This document shows positions 60,997-64,000 of a stretch of 64,000 nt of DNA, in pieces. The position numbers and the translations under genes are program-made. The notes under the pieces are model-generated. The model had not been told where the DNA came from. It did not search any database and worked only from the letters and a program-made list of their open reading frames with translations. Every line of letters begins with the position of its first letter. The first letter of the stretch is position 1. Origin of the DNA: Bryobacterales bacterium (GTDB lineage: Bacteria; Acidobacteriota; Terriglobia; Bryobacterales; UBA6623); the NCBI GenBank assembly GCA_963422375.2, contig OY729428.2, positions 1,568,001 through 1,632,000 of the forward strand. The letters run 5' to 3'.

Positions 60997-61106
60997 GTGT
61001 AGCCTGACTATGTGTAGCCTGACTACGGGCGTTTTCGGCGAACCTAGAGACCGAGCTCGGAACGAGCGAGCCAGTAGCCTTGATAAGCCCAGTAGCCTTG
61101 ATAAGC
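60995..61106. repeat. Two adjacent tandem duplications (15 bp x2 and 18 bp x2)
   Basis: ATGTGTAGCCTGACT at 60995 and 61010; CCAGTAGCCTTGATAAGC at 61071 and 61089. Confidence 0.95.
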
Positions 61107-61211
61107 TCTGAGTGTACACGACTGCAATATGGCCTGTCAACAGGGATTTTTCCGACCTTTTCGCGTGGACCGCCCGCAGTGCGTGCGGATCTGAAGGCGC
61201 GGGAGGTCTGA

Positions 61212-62147
61212 ATGGGAACGGAACGCCGCCTGATCGCGGCGATCGAGGATTTGTGGGCGGGCAGGACCGCTCCCGCCGTTGGGGTGGCCCGCGGCGACGA
61301 CTGCGCGATTCTCGCTCGCGCCGCTGCTGGCGAGGACCTCCTGCTCACGGTCGACCAGGTCGTGGAGAACCGGCATTTCGCGCGGGGCCGGCACCCGGCC
61401 GGGGCCGTGGGACGCACCGCCCTCGTGCGCTCGCTGAGCGATATCGCGTCGATGGGCGGCCGCCCGCTCTGCTTCCTGCAAACGGTCTGCCTGCCGGCCT
61501 GGGCGATCGGCGCGTGGCACGACTCCTTCCAGGAAGGGATGCGCGAGGCTGCCGATCTCGCCGGAGTGGAGGACCTGGCGCTGGCGGGAGGCGATGTCGC
61601 CGGGGGCGACCTTTTCGTCGCGACGACCACCGTTGTCGGCAGGGTCGAGTCCGGCACGGCCCTCAGGCGCGCCGGGGCGCGCCCGGGCGATCTCCTGTGC
61701 GTGTCCGGGACGCTCGGGGGATCCGCCCTGGGCCTGGATGCCCTCCTCGGGGCCGAGCGCCCAGACCTGTCCGCGGACGCCGCGAAGCGCCATTGCGAGC
61801 CGGTCCCCCGCATCGCTCTAGGCCGGGTCCTGCGCGAGGTTCCCGCATCGGCGGCGATCGACATCAGCGACGGACTGGCGATCGACGCGAATCGGCTGGC
61901 CTCCGCCAGCGGCGTTTGCCTGGTGATCGATCCGACGGCCGTGCCCCTGTTCCCGGGCTCGACAGCGGACCAGGCCATGCGCTCGGGCGAGGAGTACGAG
62001 CTGCTGTTCGCGCTGCCTCCGGGAGCGCGTGTTCGCGCTCGGGAGGAATTCGCGGTGATCGGGCGCGTCGAGCGGGGCACGGGCGTTTGGCTGGAGTCGG
62101 GAGGGGCGCGTGCCCCCCTTCGACCCGAGGGGCATTCCCACTTCTGA
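61212..62147 (+). CDS. thiL: Thiamine-monophosphate kinase
   Basis: GDDCA, VENRHF, LSDIASMGG, GGD, ARPGD, AIDISDGL and GEEYELLF. Confidence 0.95.
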   Translation: MGTERRLIAAIEDLWAGRTAPAVGVARGDDCAILARAAAGEDLLLTVDQVVENRHFARGRHPAGAVGRTALVRSLSDIASMGGRPLCFLQTVCLPAWAIGAWHDSFQEGMREAADLAGVEDLALAGGDVAGGDLFVATTTVVGRVESGTALRRAGARPGDLLCVSGTLGGSALGLDALLGAERPDLSADAAKRHCEPVPRIALGRVLREVPASAAIDISDGLAIDANRLASASGVCLVIDPTAVPLFPGSTADQAMRSGEEYELLFALPPGARVRAREEFAVIGRVERGTGVWLESGGARAPLRPEGHSHF

Positions 62148-62160
62148 GGCGGCCGCCCTG

Positions 62161-63633
62161 CTACACCTCGAGGAGGGCGTCGATGTCGGGTGCCAGCTCG
62201 CGTCGCGGCGTCAGCAGCGAGACCCACACGAATACGGCAGTCGATGCGAGCAGCGCGACCGCTCCGACGGCGAGGCCGGGCGGAAGCAGCGGGTAGCCGT
62301 GACGCGCGGAGACTTCGAGCGCGAAATTCAGCGCGACGCTGGTTGCGATCGAGGCGACGCAAGCTTGCGCCGTGGCCCGCTTCCAGTTCATGCCGATGCA
62401 GACGCTCGGCACGATCGCGGCGGCGAAGGTGCCCCAGCCGAACGTCCCGAGCAGGGCGATCAGGTTCTGCATGTACAGCGCGAACAGCGCCGACACCAGC
62501 AGGAGGACGCCCGTCGCGAGGCGCGACCAGAACAATTCGTTGCGGACCGGCCTGCCCCGCAGCGCGATCGGCACGTCCCGCACGATGGCCGCCGCCCCGA
62601 GATTCAGGAAAGAGTCCGCCGTCGACATGATCGCGGCCAGCAGACCCGCGAAGACGATGCCCGCGAGCAGTTCGGGCGTGTAGTGCAGAAGGAACGCGGG
62701 CGCGGCCAGATCCGGGTTGTCCAGCGCGGGATACTCGCCACGCTCGACCAAGGTTCGCATCGCCAAGCCGATGCCCATCCACAGCATCGCCAGAACGATG
62801 TAGCTCGCTCCCGTGGCAAGCGCGCTCCATTTCAGCTGGCGGATGTCCTTGAGCATCATCAGCTTCGTGATCGCGTGCGGCTGGCCGGCGGCTCCGATGC
62901 CGAAGAGCAGCATCCAGCTCATCGCCGCCATGTCCCCGCGGGTCCCCCACGGCCCGATATAGTCCGGATCCATCGCCCAGAGCGTCTCGCTCATCGCCTG
63001 CATGCCGCCCCCGGCCTCGAGGCATTGCAGCAGCACGGCGATGGCGGCGCCGAGCATGATCAGTCCCTGGAACAGGTCGGTGTACACGCCCGCGACGATT
63101 CCCCCGGCGATGGAGTAGAACGCGAGCACGCCGAGCCCCAGTCCGAGCGCGGGGAGGATCTCGATTCCCAGCACCGCTTGCAGCACCGTGCCGATCGCGA
63201 GCACCTGCGTGCCTAGGTACCCGAGGACGCCGAGGACGATGGCGATGCTCAGCGACAGGGCCGGCCAGCGCCCTCCGTAGCGCGCCGACACCGCTTCCGG
63301 AAGCGTCAGGATGGGACGCACGTCTACGAGCAGGCGTAGTCGCTTGCCTGTCAGCATGATCATCGCGGGTAGGCTGAACGTCGCGACGAGGACCATCCAC
63401 AGCGAACTCGAGCCCGACTCGTAGACGAGGCCCGGCCCCCCCACGAATCCGAACCCGCTCATGACGCTCGAAATCGTGGCCATGACGACCACCAGCGGGC
63501 CGAGCGACTTGCCGGCCAGAAAGAAATCGGCTGCCGAGGAGGTGCGCCGCATGGCCCACGTGCCGACGGCCGCGCAAGCGGCCAAGTAGACCGCGACGCA
63601 GGCTAGGATGATCTGGGAATCGGCCGCCGGCAC
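62161..63633 (-). CDS. Sodium:solute symporter (PutP/PanF-like)
   Basis: DFFLAGKSLG, MSGFGFVGGPG, YTDLFQG, GQPH and LAAIMSTADS. Confidence 0.92.
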   Translation of the reverse strand: MPAADSQIILACVAVYLAACAAVGTWAMRRTSSAADFFLAGKSLGPLVVVMATISSVMSGFGFVGGPGLVYESGSSSLWMVLVATFSLPAMIMLTGKRLRLLVDVRPILTLPEAVSARYGGRWPALSLSIAIVLGVLGYLGTQVLAIGTVLQAVLGIEILPALGLGLGVLAFYSIAGGIVAGVYTDLFQGLIMLGAAIAVLLQCLEAGGGMQAMSETLWAMDPDYIGPWGTRGDMAAMSWMLLFGIGAAGQPHAITKLMMLKDIRQLKWSALATGASYIVLAMLWMGIGLAMRTLVERGEYPALDNPDLAAPAFLLHYTPELLAGIVFAGLLAAIMSTADSFLNLGAAAIVRDVPIALRGRPVRNELFWSRLATGVLLLVSALFALYMQNLIALLGTFGWGTFAAAIVPSVCIGMNWKRATAQACVASIATSVALNFALEVSARHGYPLLPPGLAVGAVALLASTAVFVWVSLLTPRRELAPDIDALLEV

Positions 63634-63647
63634 GAATGCCTTGGTCT

Positions 63648-64000
63648 CTATTCGCCGCCGAAGCGTCCTAGGAACGCGTCCTGCCTGTCCCGCGGGAGCA
63701 CTTCCCGGTCGAACGAGAGGCCGTAGAGGACGCCGAGGACCGCGCCGAGGGGCGTGGTGCCGTAGACTAGCATCGCCGTGCCCGCGGGGAATCCGCCGAC
63801 TAGGAACAGCTCCCCCGCGGGGTCGTGCGTTGCGTAGGCAAGCCCGAGCAGGCCGCAGAACGTTGCCGCCCAGATGCCCACGACAGCGTAAGTGAGCCGA
63901 GAGGTCCTTCCGGGCGATCTCAAGCCCAAGGCCCCGAGCGTCGCCGTCAAGGCCGCCGCCAGCATGCCGAGGAGGGCGGCCTGGCCGGCCAGCGCCGCGA
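63648..64000 (-). CDS. Small membrane protein upstream of the symporter (5' end probably outside the window)
   Basis: Hydrophobic ORF ending 14 bp before the symporter start; GGFPAGTAMLVYG. Confidence 0.65.
   Translation of the reverse strand, partial: AALAGQAALLGMLAAALTATLGALGLRSPGRTSRLTYAVVGIWAATFCGLLGLAYATHDPAGELFLVGGFPAGTAMLVYGTTPLGAVLGVLYGLSFDREVLPRDRQDAFLGRFGGE

Noticed and set aside
60488..63577. 1029-aa minus-strand ORF and many similar long Arg/Pro/Ala-rich ORFs
   Set aside because: These are alternative-frame shadows of real genes, expected in high-GC DNA, with no motifs.

Overview
This is a high-GC bacterial window. The gene content (Solibacter-type C-terminal-domain protein, Acidobacteria-style TonB, DUF1080, Tat-exported Gfo/Idh/MocA proteins, sulfatases) suggests Acidobacteriota/Bryobacterales, which is an inference. 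Housekeeping and metabolic genes (selC, tonB, ridA, ClC, yhaN/yhaO, lptD, acyl-CoA dehydrogenase, holB, tmk, nagA, thiL, sodium:solute symporter) are interleaved with three IS-rich patches (~0.9-10.1 kb, ~22.4-24.4 kb, ~38.3-44.2 kb). For six IS copies I could read both terminal inverted repeats and target-site duplications directly. Main results: (1) removing three ISs with one copy of each TSD and correcting one frameshift rebuilds a single ~990-aa lower-GC gene (12356->5391). It encodes an astacin (M12A) zinc protease, beta-rich spacer domains and a C-terminal TonB domain that is 77/92 aa identical to the tonB gene next door. (2) The IS copies have decayed mostly by A:T->G:C changes and short tandem duplications, while the gene they interrupt is almost intact. 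(3) There are several unexplained structured non-coding stretches (30.4-30.75 kb, 21.6-21.7 kb, a perfect 22-bp palindrome at 44.06 kb, and the conserved ~420-bp IS1595 tail). All family assignments come from motif recognition, not database searches.
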